Shown one piece after another: positions 8,599-17,850 of a stretch of 49,625 nucleotides of DNA. A program made the translations under genes and the position numbers. The notes beneath the pieces are model-generated. The model saw nothing but the letters and a program-made list of their open reading frames with translations, was not told where the DNA came from and ran no database searches. Positions within the stretch are counted from its first letter, which is position 1, and each line of letters begins with the position of its first letter. Source of the DNA: an archaeon (GTDB lineage Archaea; Nanobdellota; Nanobdellia; SCGC-AAA011-G17; GW2011-AR17); NCBI GenBank assembly GCA_043797705.1, contig JAZDPJ010000023.1, positions 1 to 49,625 on the forward strand. Reading direction: 5' to 3'.

Positions 8599-9441
8599 TT
8601 ATCCTTTCTTGTACACAATATGAGGGTATGCTATTTCAACCCCCCTGGTTTTCCTGATTCCATCGAATATTTCTTTTGTTATTCTGCTGGATATTTCTGA
8701 TACCCTTGTTGCCGGGGTGAAGTATCTTGCATGTATATTTATTCCGCTTGGTTGGAAGTAGGTTCTTATATGGGGCTGGTGTTTTGTTTGGTCTTTGAAT
8801 TCTTTTGTGTGTTTTATTGTTGCATCTAGTGCGATTTGCATTGCTTTGTCAAGGTTGCTTTCGTAGGTTATTAATGTAACTACTTGATCCAGTACATAGT
8901 CATCATTTGCAGTGTAGTTTATTATGTTTTGTTCAAAGAGCTGGGAGTTTGGCACCATGATTATCCTTCCTGAATTTTCTTCGCTTTGTATTAGCCCGCC
9001 TAGTTCTTTTAGGTAGATATGTGTTAGGGTTATGTCTGATACATCTCCCCGCACACTTCCGATTATTATTCTGTCCCCTATTTCAAAGGGCCTTTTTGTT
9101 ACAACCATTATCCATGCCGCAATTCCTGAGATTGGCCTTTGTAGTGCCCAGCCTAGTGCTGCGGATAATAGCCCTATGACTAGTCCTAGGCTTGTCCATG
9201 ATCCAGAATAGGAGAATACCGCTAGTAGAATTAGCATAAGTAAAAATCCGTATTTTAAAGATTTTGAGAATATTTCTACTGTTGTTATTTGTTTTTTTGT
9301 TTTTACCCTTTTGAGAAGCCTTTTTTCTATGATTTTTATGATTAAGCTAAACAGTGCAAATATTATAGCAAGTATCAGGATAGTCTTAAGAAACGGGACA
9401 ATGTTAACAAATACTTTGAGTGTGTCTAAGATGCCGCCCAT
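8599..9441 (-). CDS. mscS: Small-conductance mechanosensitive channel
   Basis: LGWALQ..ISG, RPFEIGDRI and VPNS..F...IIN motifs. Confidence 0.9.
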   Translation of the reverse strand: MGGILDTLKVFVNIVPFLKTILILAIIFALFSLIIKIIEKRLLKRVKTKKQITTVEIFSKSLKYGFLLMLILLAVFSYSGSWTSLGLVIGLLSAALGWALQRPISGIAAWIMVVTKRPFEIGDRIIIGSVRGDVSDITLTHIYLKELGGLIQSEENSGRIIMVPNSQLFEQNIINYTANDDYVLDQVVTLITYESNLDKAMQIALDATIKHTKEFKDQTKHQPHIRTYFQPSGINIHARYFTPATRVSEISSRITKEIFDGIRKTRGVEIAYPHIVYKKG

Positions 9442-9522
9442 ATAATAAGTTCAAGGTCATTAAGTTTTAAATAGCTTTTGTTTGCAAAAAGTATAAAAAA
9501 GATGTGATAACTACGCGTTCTT

Positions 9523-10098
9523 ATGAGAAAATTACTTGGTGAGATTGAGAAGCTTAAAGAGTCTAGTGTAAAATCTTTAGTTGATTCTCGTATTGGGGAG
9601 TTTAGTAAGAATAAGGATCTATTTAGTGAGCTTTGTTTTTGTTTGTTGACTGCTAATTTTAATGCTGAGAGGAGTATTAGGATTCAAAAGGAGGTTGGTG
9701 ATGGTTTCTCTAAGTTATCTAAAACAAAGTTAGCAAAGAAATTGAAAGAGTTGGGCCACCGTTTCCCAAATGCAAGAGCAGGTTACATTGTTGAGGCAAG
9801 AAAGCATAAATTAATAGCAGACAGAGAATGGTTGGTTAATAATGTTAATGGCCTTGGTTACAAAGAGGCTAGTCATTTTCTGAGGAACATTGGGAACGAG
9901 GACTCGGCAATTATAGACTTTCATATTATTGATTTGTTAGTAAAGCATAATTTAATTAAAAGACCTAAATCTCTAACTAAAGTTGTGTATTTACAGATTG
10001 AGGATTTACTGAGGAGTATCTCTCAAAAGGTGGATCTGAATCTTGCGGAGTTGGATCTTTATCTTTGGTATTTGGAGGCTGGTAAGGTTCTGAAATGA
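9523..10098 (+). CDS. ogg: 8-oxoguanine DNA glycosylase/AP lyase
   Basis: FSELCFCLLTAN, HhH motif GLGYKEASHFLRN, AIIDFHI and LDLYLWY. Confidence 0.92.
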   Translation: MRKLLGEIEKLKESSVKSLVDSRIGEFSKNKDLFSELCFCLLTANFNAERSIRIQKEVGDGFSKLSKTKLAKKLKELGHRFPNARAGYIVEARKHKLIADREWLVNNVNGLGYKEASHFLRNIGNEDSAIIDFHIIDLLVKHNLIKRPKSLTKVVYLQIEDLLRSISQKVDLNLAELDLYLWYLEAGKVLK

Positions 10099-10134
10099 CA
10101 ACCTTTTTAAACTATTTATAAATAAATCATATTT

Positions 10135-11046
10135 ATGTGTAAGAATTGTGATTTAAAACCTGTAATTAAGCTAAGTAGCGGAGTCTCTTTGTGTAAGAAT
10201 TGTTTTATAGACTATTTCGAAAGAAAAACAAGGAAGACTATTTCTAAGTTTAAGATGATTAGTAAAGGAGATCGTATTGCTGTTGGTTTGAGTGGCGGTA
10301 AAGACAGTACAGCGGTTCTTTATATTATTGCTAGCATTGCTAAGAGGCATGATACTATCAAGGTTATGGCGATTAGTATTGATGAGGGCATTAAGGGTTA
10401 TAGAGATGAAACATTGAAGGATGCTAAGGCGATGTGTAAAAAGTTAGGGATTACGCATAAGGTTTATTCTTACAAGAAGGAGTTAGGTTATACTTTGGAT
10501 CAGATGGTTAAGAAGCTTGATATGAATCCATGCACTCTCTGCGGAGTCTTTAGGCGTTATTTGCTTAACAAGTATTCCCGGAAACTAAAAGTTACTAAGC
10601 TTGTTACGGGGCATAATCTGGATGATGAGTCTCAGTCTGTTATTATGAATCAGTTTAGGAGTAATGTTGATGCTAGTGCTCGTCTGGGGCCTGTTACTGG
10701 AATTGTTGCTGATTATAGGTTCATTAGGAGAATAAAGCCGTTTTACTTATTGTTAGAAAAAGAAATTATGCTTTATGCTTTCTTGAAGAAGTTTCCTTTT
10801 TCTTCGCAGGAGTGTCCTTATGCTCATTCTGCTTATCGTTCTGAGGTTAGGGATATGTTGAATGATTTTGAGCAGAGACATCTTGGTGTTAAGAATAATA
10901 TTATTAACTCTTTTTTAGCGGTTTTGCCATTGTTAAAAGAGCATTATAAGGCTAAGTCAAAGAGGATTAAGAGTTGTAAGTGTGGAGAGCCTTCGTCAGA
11001 AAGTGTTTGTAAGGCTTGTCAGCTGATTAAAGAGTTGAAGGATTAG
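10135..11046 (+). CDS. tRNA 2-thiolation protein, TtuA/NcsA/Ctu1 family
   Basis: PP-loop SGGKDS, CTLCGVFRR, TGHNLDD, CPY and terminal zinc fingers. Confidence 0.9.
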   Translation: MCKNCDLKPVIKLSSGVSLCKNCFIDYFERKTRKTISKFKMISKGDRIAVGLSGGKDSTAVLYIIASIAKRHDTIKVMAISIDEGIKGYRDETLKDAKAMCKKLGITHKVYSYKKELGYTLDQMVKKLDMNPCTLCGVFRRYLLNKYSRKLKVTKLVTGHNLDDESQSVIMNQFRSNVDASARLGPVTGIVADYRFIRRIKPFYLLLEKEIMLYAFLKKFPFSSQECPYAHSAYRSEVRDMLNDFEQRHLGVKNNIINSFLAVLPLLKEHYKAKSKRIKSCKCGEPSSESVCKACQLIKELKD

Positions 11047-11968
11047 CAGATTTGATATCTGACATTAATTCTTCTGCCAATTCATTCAAAAGCTTATGAA
11101 CCTTCTCAAGAAATTTTTCAAAACCCCTAGGTATAGGGGTAAGCAATAACTTTTCTTCTTCTCCCAGAACAAATTTTTCCAGTTTAAAGTTTTGCAAGTT
11201 CTGAATGTATTTATTATATCTTAACATAAACCTTGTTTTTTCAAGGATTTTTTTTGTTAAATTTTTTGGGTCAATATTTTCCTTTTTTGAAATTAAGAAT
11301 AAGTCTATGAAATCTCTTGCCTTAACTCCTTTTCTAGTAAGGATTGCCCTAAACTTTTCAGTTATAATCTCTCTTATATCGTAACAAGATATTTCTGGTT
11401 TTGTCACCAATATTTTTGCATACTTTGGGAATAGGAAATCAAATTCCTTTGAATCAATGCCTCTAACAATAGAATTTGCTTTACAGGTTTTAAAAGGATA
11501 GTGGAATAATTCTAAAAAGTTTATTTGAATCTTGATAAACTGCTCTCTGTTAGAAATTACTGATTTGTACCAAAGTTTAAAGGTCGTAAATTTGTTACTG
11601 CCACCAGATTCAACATATTTCTTGTTGTGTTTTTCTGTTTTAAAATTAAGGTTTAGTTTTTCAGATATCTCTTCTAGAATTCTGCCAAGTTTTGTAATAT
11701 GTTTTGATAAAATTTTTCTAATTTCTTTTTGACTCACGTTTTCAAAATCTTTTTGTTTTATCCAAGTGAAGTCTAAATCTTCTGAGAATCTAAAATAACC
11801 ATAGTAACATTTAGTTAAGCAAGTTCCTCCTTTAAATGCAAAATTTTTCCTAAAATAGTCATTGTTTATTAAATCAGATAACAGGCTATGAAGGATTATA
11901 TCATTCTCTAGAAGGTTTTTGTTTTTTATCTCTAATTCTGATGAGAGATAATCTATTATCTTTTGCAT
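11027..11968 (-). CDS. AbiEii-type nucleotidyltransferase toxin (type IV TA)
   Basis: FKGGTCL...RFSEDLDF, EKFRA and ARDFID motifs. Confidence 0.9.
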   Translation of the reverse strand: MQKIIDYLSSELEIKNKNLLENDIILHSLLSDLINNDYFRKNFAFKGGTCLTKCYYGYFRFSEDLDFTWIKQKDFENVSQKEIRKILSKHITKLGRILEEISEKLNLNFKTEKHNKKYVESGGSNKFTTFKLWYKSVISNREQFIKIQINFLELFHYPFKTCKANSIVRGIDSKEFDFLFPKYAKILVTKPEISCYDIREIITEKFRAILTRKGVKARDFIDLFLISKKENIDPKNLTKKILEKTRFMLRYNKYIQNLQNFKLEKFVLGEEEKLLLTPIPRGFEKFLEKVHKLLNELAEELMSDIKSANPSTL

Positions 11969-12585
11969 ATTAGTTTCTCCACAAATGATACGATATTTTT
12001 ATTATAGTTTTCTGAATATTCTAATAATTTAGTTTCTGAACAGTATCCGATTAAATCAACTATTTTGTTATTTATTTCTTTGTCACTAAACCCTCCATAT
12101 TTTGATAGGTATATGATGTCTAAAACTGTTTTTTCAATCTCAGAAACATGGTTCTTTATACCGAACTTGAAAAGCCCTTTTTTTAATTTGCTGAATTTTA
12201 TTTTATGTCCAAATATCTCTAGGGGTTTAACTCTGTATATAGTATCATTAATGATAAAGTCTATAGTAAAATATTCGTGCGTATAATTGTTTAGTTTAAG
12301 GGCAGTTTCTAGGCCGAAATACCAATTTTTAATACCCTTAATTTTTAGAGCGGCGGCTATGGCTTCTTTATAATCTATATCAATTTTCTTAAGTTTTCTT
12401 TCTTCTATGCTCGGCTTGTAGAATATCCCTCTTAAGATTCTATATAGGTATCTGTTATTGAGAAGGTAAATTATTGCTATTTTGTAGTCTAACTTGAGTT
12501 TTTTACAGTAGTCTCTAACTAAATCTCTTGTTATGATTTTTTCTTCTGTTAGATACAGTTTTTTTGTTAAAATTTTGTATGACAT
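11956..12585 (-). CDS. AbiEi-like antitoxin
   Basis: RILRGIFY, YFGLETAL and EKTVLD; overlaps the AbiEii gene upstream. Confidence 0.8.
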   Translation of the reverse strand: MSYKILTKKLYLTEEKIITRDLVRDYCKKLKLDYKIAIIYLLNNRYLYRILRGIFYKPSIEERKLKKIDIDYKEAIAAALKIKGIKNWYFGLETALKLNNYTHEYFTIDFIINDTIYRVKPLEIFGHKIKFSKLKKGLFKFGIKNHVSEIEKTVLDIIYLSKYGGFSDKEINNKIVDLIGYCSETKLLEYSENYNKNIVSFVEKLICKR

Positions 12586-12663
12586 TTTATCCCGTAATAA
12601 TACAAAAAGTATATGATTATGATATATAAAACTTCCGGTAAATTGCTTAAAGAGCTAAAGTAA

Positions 12664-13344
12664 TCACTTGTCTACTAGTTTTGCATCTTTTATTATGAGG
12701 ACTCCTGAGTGCTTTTCAGCCCTTATTTCAGAATCCAGCACTTCTATCCTTTTCCTGAAGAAAGGCGCGTCTAGGACCGTACTCTCCAGCTCTCCACCTT
12801 CCCCCGCAGGGTTTATTCGGTATTTATCTTTTAGCTTAATTAGTTCAGTGATTAACTCAGAATCTATCTCTTTTCCAAGCCATTTTTCAGTTAATGGTTC
12901 TGCAAATATCCCCGAGATTATGACTTTGAATCCGTTCTCTACTACTTCTTTTAGCAGTTGTATTTGGTCCATTCCCCAAAGTGGGTTTATGCATTCCAAT
13001 CCTAGTTCATCGCAGAGTTTTGCTATTCTTTCTCTTTGGTAGTTTGATGCTAGCGCCCCTGTTGTTATTCCTTCAATATTATACTTGTCTTTTGCTTTTT
13101 GCAATGCTCTTTTCAGGTCTTTTAGCTCTTCTTCTTTTACTCCTTCTGTGTTCTCTTTTACTAATGGTAAGTTCATCGCTTCAGCTTGCATTTCAGTTAA
13201 GTGGATATTTGGGACATGGAACATGTAGCTTTCATCGTTTTTGGAAACCATGGTTATTAGACAAACTATTTCATGTTTCCCCATTGCTTTGAACATTGCG
13301 TATGCTGAGTCTTTTCCGCCTGAGAATAGTGCTCCGAGTTTCAT
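12664..13344 (-). CDS. dph6: Diphthine--ammonia ligase / ATP pyrophosphatase (Dph6 family)
   Basis: LFSGGKDS, SYMFH, PLW and GEGGELES motifs. Start at MKLGAL (13344). Confidence 0.88.
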   Translation of the reverse strand: MKLGALFSGGKDSAYAMFKAMGKHEIVCLITMVSKNDESYMFHVPNIHLTEMQAEAMNLPLVKENTEGVKEEELKDLKRALQKAKDKYNIEGITTGALASNYQRERIAKLCDELGLECINPLWGMDQIQLLKEVVENGFKVIISGIFAEPLTEKWLGKEIDSELITELIKLKDKYRINPAGEGGELESTVLDAPFFRKRIEVLDSEIRAEKHSGVLIIKDAKLVDK

Positions 13345-13363
13345 GTATTTGCAACATCCAGAA

Positions 13364-13753
13364 TTACTTTTTAAGCTTTTTCTTTTTGTAGTCTTCAATT
13401 GCTTTTTTCAGCGCACTTGATCCTAGGATTGAGCAGTGGTGTTTTACATTTGGCAGTCCACCAAGATAGTCTGCTATGTCTTGTGATGTTATTTTTAAGG
13501 CTTTTTCTATTGTTTTTCCTTTTGCTAGTGCGCATAGTGCTTCTGATGATGCAATTGCTGCTACGCATCCGAATGTTTTGAATTTGATGTCTGTTATCTT
13601 GTTGTCTTTCACTTTGATGTAGACCGTCATCATATCACCGCAGACAGCGTTTCCTACTTCTCCGACTCCCGAGGGGTTTTTTATTTCTCCGACAAATTTT
13701 GGTTTCTTGAAGATTTCAATTACTTTTTTTGTGTATTCTTTTGCTGTTGTCAC
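13364..13753 (-). CDS. iscU: Fe-S cluster scaffold protein IscU/NifU-N
   Basis: GNAVCGD, FKTFGCVAAIAS and KHHCS motifs. GTG start at 13753 overlaps the dcd stop, with a GGAG RBS. Confidence 0.93.
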   Translation of the reverse strand: MTTAKEYTKKVIEIFKKPKFVGEIKNPSGVGEVGNAVCGDMMTVYIKVKDNKITDIKFKTFGCVAAIASSEALCALAKGKTIEKALKITSQDIADYLGGLPNVKHHCSILGSSALKKAIEDYKKKKLKK

Positions 13754-14253
13754 GGTTTCTCCTGCTTTGCGTATTGTCCGGAGTATTTGCTTTTGCCTTT
13801 TGTTTTTACTAGCATTAGTTGGCAGATTTTTGTTCCTGCGTGTAGTGTCAGTTCGTTGTCTGAGAAGTTTGTTATTTCGAAGACTTGCTTGTTGTTTACT
13901 CCGGGTTGTATTAGGCTTGCTGTTGCGTGTATTGCTAGTCCTAGTCTTGCGAATCTGCTTCTTCCTGTTAGTATTCCGCATATGTCTAAGGGCAGTTTTA
14001 TTTTTTCTTTGCTTATTCCTAGTATGAACTCTCTGGGTTTTAGTGTTATTTCATCTATTGTTACTGGTTCTGTGAATTTCCTGTAGTCAGTCGCTTCTTT
14101 TAGGTCTATCTTAGTTTTTTTCTTGTATACTCTGAACTCATTTCCTAGTGTTAGGTCTATTGATGCTGGCCCTACTTGGTTTTTTGAGAATGGTGTAATC
14201 ACCACTTTTTTCTTTTTTATCAGTTTCAATATCTCGTTTTTTGATAGTATCAT
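13750..14253 (-). CDS. dcd: dCTP deaminase
   Basis: MILS, PASIDLTLG, GRSRFARLGL and KICQL motifs. Start at 14253. Confidence 0.9.
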   Translation of the reverse strand: MILSKNEILKLIKKKKVVITPFSKNQVGPASIDLTLGNEFRVYKKKTKIDLKEATDYRKFTEPVTIDEITLKPREFILGISKEKIKLPLDICGILTGRSRFARLGLAIHATASLIQPGVNNKQVFEITNFSDNELTLHAGTKICQLMLVKTKGKSKYSGQYAKQEKP

Positions 14254-15389
14254 TTTTTGCCTCCTAGTGGACTCATTTTTCTTAAGTCTTTGACTATGAT
14301 TTTGAGTTTGTTTACTGTGTAGTCTATTTCTTGTTTGGTGTTGTATGCACTTAGGCTGAATCTTATAGTGCCGTGGGCTATTTCCGCAGGTAGGCCTATT
14401 GCTTTTAGTACATATGATACTTTTAGGTCTCTTGCTGCGCATGCTGATCCTGTGGATACGCAGATGCCGTTCATGCTTAGGTGTAATAGCAGTCCTTCTC
14501 CTTCTATGTACTTAAAAGATAGGCTTGCGTTGTTGCATAGTTTTTTTGAGTTGTCTTTTGGGCCGTTTAGTTTTACTTCTGGTATTTCTTTCATTACTTT
14601 TTTTATGAGGTAGTCTCTTAATTTTGCTATTTTGTTTGTGTCTAATTTTAGTTTTACTGCTTCTGCGAATCCGGCTATGCCCGGTAGGTTTTCTGTTCCT
14701 GATCTCCTTCCGAGTTCGTGTCCTCCGCCGTGTAGTTGTGCATTAATTTTTATTCCTTTTCTAAGGTATAGTGCTCCTACTCCTTTTGGTCCGTGTATTT
14801 TGTGTGAGGATAGAGACATTGCGCTTATTGGTATTTTTGAGATGTCTATTGGTACTTTTTTGAAGCTTTGTACTGCGTCTGTGTGGAATAATATTTTTTT
14901 CTTTGCACATAGTTCTGCTATTTCTTTGATTGGTTGTATTGTTCCTATTTCGTTGCTTGCGTGCATTATTGTTACTAGTTTGGTTTCTGGTGTTATTGCT
15001 TTTTCCACTTGTTCTGCTGTCACTAATCCTTCATTGTTTACTGGTAGGTAAGTGATTGTGTATCCTTCTTTTTCTAGTGCTTTGCATGTTTTTTCAACTG
15101 ATGGGTGTTCTATTACTGTTGTGATTATGTGTGTGTTTTGTCCTGTCATCCCTTTTATTGCTAGGTTGTTTGCTTCTGTGCCTCCGGATGTGAATATTAT
15201 TTCTTCTGGTTTTGCGTTTATTGATTTGGCTATTGTTTCTCTTGCTTTGTCTAGGATTTCTTTTGCTTCATCTCCTTTGTAGTGCATTGATCCGGGGTTG
15301 CCGTAGTATTTTAGCATTGCATCTTGCATAGCTCTTGCTGCTTTTTTGTCTACTTGTGTTGTTGCGCTATTGTCTAGGTATACCTTCAT
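14250..15389 (-). CDS. iscS: Cysteine desulfurase
   Basis: YLDNSATT, FTSGGTEANN, SSHKIHGPKG and STGSAC motifs. Confidence 0.96.
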   Translation of the reverse strand: MKVYLDNSATTQVDKKAARAMQDAMLKYYGNPGSMHYKGDEAKEILDKARETIAKSINAKPEEIIFTSGGTEANNLAIKGMTGQNTHIITTVIEHPSVEKTCKALEKEGYTITYLPVNNEGLVTAEQVEKAITPETKLVTIMHASNEIGTIQPIKEIAELCAKKKILFHTDAVQSFKKVPIDISKIPISAMSLSSHKIHGPKGVGALYLRKGIKINAQLHGGGHELGRRSGTENLPGIAGFAEAVKLKLDTNKIAKLRDYLIKKVMKEIPEVKLNGPKDNSKKLCNNASLSFKYIEGEGLLLHLSMNGICVSTGSACAARDLKVSYVLKAIGLPAEIAHGTIRFSLSAYNTKQEIDYTVNKLKIIVKDLRKMSPLGGKK

Positions 15390-15736
15390 TTACATACCTC
15401 GCACTTTTTTAGGTCGCATTTTGTGTGTCTTTTGTGTATTTTGCATAGTAGCCCGTGTTTTCTTATGAGTGTGCATAGTTTTTGTGTTTCTGCCATAACA
15501 GCATCTGATTTTGCTATGCTTTTGGCTGAAATTTGTATGGCTTTCCTTATCTTTTGTGGGAATTTGATGTTTGCTGCTCTTTTTGATTTTAGGTATTGGC
15601 TTATTGCTGCCCCAGTTACATGGAGCTTTTCAGCTATTTCCTTCTGTTTTAGCCCTAGTTTGAGCATTTCTTCTGCCAACGCCTTCCTTAGTGCAGGTAA
15701 TACATACCAGACTTCTACTTCTTGTGGGGATTCCAT
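15386..15736 (-). CDS. HTH transcriptional regulator with Cys/His-rich C-terminus, first gene of the isc operon
   Basis: LKQKEIAEKLHVTGAAISQYLKSKR helix-turn-helix; C-terminal LC..H...C....C..C. Confidence 0.85.
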   Translation of the reverse strand: MESPQEVEVWYVLPALRKALAEEMLKLGLKQKEIAEKLHVTGAAISQYLKSKRAANIKFPQKIRKAIQISAKSIAKSDAVMAETQKLCTLIRKHGLLCKIHKRHTKCDLKKCEVCK

Positions 15737-15741
15737 TTAAG

Positions 15742-15755
15742 TTAACGATAGTTAA
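15742..15755. promoter_or_regulatory. Palindromic operator between TATA box and start codon of the isc operon regulator
   Basis: TTAAC-GATA-GTTAA. Confidence 0.45.
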
Positions 15756-15836
15756 TTTATTTAAATACTTTACTATGGCAGAATCTAATCGATAAAAGAA
15801 AAAGATTTATATAATAGTATGATTTTTCATACCAAT

Positions 15837-16376
15837 ATGGAAAGAATAAAAGAATTGTTTTTCAATGAAACATTGAAGAGATGGCACTTTAAAGATATAA
15901 TAAATATCTCAAAAATGAGCAGAGAACGTGTTAACTATTTCATAAAGAAACTGCTTAAAGAGAAGTATATAAAAAGGATTAAGCCAAAAGGAAAGATGCC
16001 ATATTATATAGCCGATAGAGAGTCTCTTAAATTCAGATCAGAAAAGCGATTATACGGCCTTGCTTTGCTCGAGCAGACAGGACTTTTTGAGCATATTATT
16101 TCTATAAAAGACATAAAAACTGCCATACTATTCGGAAGTTTTGCAAGAGGAGATTGGAGTAAATCAAGTGATATAGACATTTTTATATATGGGAACGATA
16201 AAGAATTTAACAAGGGGAAATTTGAAAGTGAAACAAAAAGGGATATACAATTATTTAGCTATCAAGATAAAAAAAGATTAAAAAAGGAATTGGATCCAAA
16301 CTTACTTCCAAATATAGCAAAAGGATTTAACATCAAGGAAAGTTTAGAGCCATTTGAAGTTAGTATAAATGCCTAA
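15837..16376 (+). CDS. wHTH-MNT nucleotidyltransferase antitoxin-like protein
   Basis: N-terminal HTH-like region and LFGSFARGD...SDIDIF. The start at 15837 fits TATA spacing. Palindrome GTATGA-N4-TCATAC at 15817-15832. Confidence 0.85.
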   Translation: MERIKELFFNETLKRWHFKDIINISKMSRERVNYFIKKLLKEKYIKRIKPKGKMPYYIADRESLKFRSEKRLYGLALLEQTGLFEHIISIKDIKTAILFGSFARGDWSKSSDIDIFIYGNDKEFNKGKFESETKRDIQLFSYQDKKRLKKELDPNLLPNIAKGFNIKESLEPFEVSINA

Positions 16377-16824
16377 GGAAAAAACACCAAAAGAAGTTTA
16401 TGATGATCTTTCTATTAAAGGGTTTTATGAAGAGGCTAACTTTGACAAGAACGAAGTAGAGAAAGTTAAAAGGATGGTTATAGAAGATTATGAATTCGGT
16501 AAGAGCCTAAGGAAAATAAAAAGTACGAACTGGAGAGTTATTTTCAACATACATTACGATGTATTGAGAGAACTTTGCGACCAGCTTATGCGATTCAAAA
16601 AACAGAAGACAAGCAATCATCAAGGGCTTTTTGCATTTATAATTTTATATTTTCCAGAGCTTGAACTGGATTGGGATTTCTTTGAGATTATCAGGAACAT
16701 ACGAAATCAGAACAAGTATAAAGGAACAGATATTAGTAAAGACATGTGGAAGCAGGTGGAATTTAAAATGGATATTTACATTTCTACAATTAAAAAAGTT
16801 TTGGAGAGGAAGTTAAGAGAATGA
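16369..16824 (+). CDS. HEPN-like protein
   Basis: Y..LREL, NHQGLF and R..RN...Y.G pattern; coupled to the MNT gene. Confidence 0.7.
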   Translation: MPKEKTPKEVYDDLSIKGFYEEANFDKNEVEKVKRMVIEDYEFGKSLRKIKSTNWRVIFNIHYDVLRELCDQLMRFKKQKTSNHQGLFAFIILYFPELELDWDFFEIIRNIRNQNKYKGTDISKDMWKQVEFKMDIYISTIKKVLERKLRE

Positions 16825-17396
16825 TAACTAAGATTGCTGAAAAAGTGTGGAAAATCAAGACTAACTTCTTGGACGCGAATGTTTATCTCATAGATTTGGA
16901 TGAGCCAACATTAATAGACCTTGGGTATCACACAGATAATAAAGTTGTACTAACTGATTTAGATTCAATTGGCTATTCTCCAAAAGATGTAAAAAGAGTT
17001 ATATTCACGCACTTGCATTCAGATCATTCTGGCAAGCCTTCAGATTTCCCAAATGCAAGATTCTACGCTTCTTATCAGGAGATTAAAAATCTAAAGTCTA
17101 TGCAGATGTTTTTCACATATGATGCTCAGGCGACAGAGTTTCTTAATAAAACTAAGTTGGAGCCTTTGAGAGAGAAGATTGGGCCTTTTGAGGTTATCCA
17201 GACTCCCGGCCACACTTCTGGTAGTGTATGTCTTTACCTTAAAGAAAATAATTTACTTTTCACAGGAGATACGTTGTTCGGCAAGCACACTGGCCGCACT
17301 GATGTTCCCACAGGTTCGGATAAGGAGATGGATCAATCTCTTAAGAAATTAGCAAGGTTTAAAGCTAAGCTTCTTCCAGGACATGATTATGGATAA
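16821..17396 (+). CDS. MBL-fold metallo-hydrolase (glyoxalase II-like)
   Basis: THLHSDH, TPGHT, FTGDTLF and PGH motifs. Confidence 0.92.
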   Translation: MITKIAEKVWKIKTNFLDANVYLIDLDEPTLIDLGYHTDNKVVLTDLDSIGYSPKDVKRVIFTHLHSDHSGKPSDFPNARFYASYQEIKNLKSMQMFFTYDAQATEFLNKTKLEPLREKIGPFEVIQTPGHTSGSVCLYLKENNLLFTGDTLFGKHTGRTDVPTGSDKEMDQSLKKLARFKAKLLPGHDYG

Positions 17397-17850
17397 GGAT
17401 TATTATTCTGAGATTTCTTCAGGTTACAATGAGCTATATGGAGAGGAGCAAAAAGCAAAGTTTGAACTTATCAAGAAGCACATCAAGTTTAAGCCTCTAG
17501 TTTTAGATATTGGTTGCGGTACTGGGATTGTCGGTGTTAAAGCAGTTGGTATTGATCCTAGTTTAGGTTTGTTAAAAGAGCATCCTGGTTTGAGAGTTTG
17601 CGCCATGGCAGAGGAGTTGCCTTTCAAGGATAGTACATTTAGTACTATTATATCACTTACTGCTTTGCACCACACAGATATTAATAAAGCTATTAAAGAG
17701 ATTGAACGTGTTGCAAAACCTGGTGCCACTTTTGTTTTTACCATTCTTAAGAAAGCAAAGAATTTTCAAGAGATAGCTGAGAGACTTAAATCTAAGTTTG
17801 ATTTGAAAGAGATTGATCAGGAAAAGGATTTGATTTTAGTCAAACATTGA
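17383..17850 (+). CDS. Class I SAM-dependent methyltransferase
   Basis: VLDIGCGTG, AEELPF.D..F and RVAKPG motifs. Confidence 0.88.
   Translation: MIMDKDYYSEISSGYNELYGEEQKAKFELIKKHIKFKPLVLDIGCGTGIVGVKAVGIDPSLGLLKEHPGLRVCAMAEELPFKDSTFSTIISLTALHHTDINKAIKEIERVAKPGATFVFTILKKAKNFQEIAERLKSKFDLKEIDQEKDLILVKH

Noticed and set aside
13754-14442. Long N-terminal extensions of IscU and Dcd
   Set aside because: They overlap upstream genes; coupled starts at 13753 and 14253 explain the layout.
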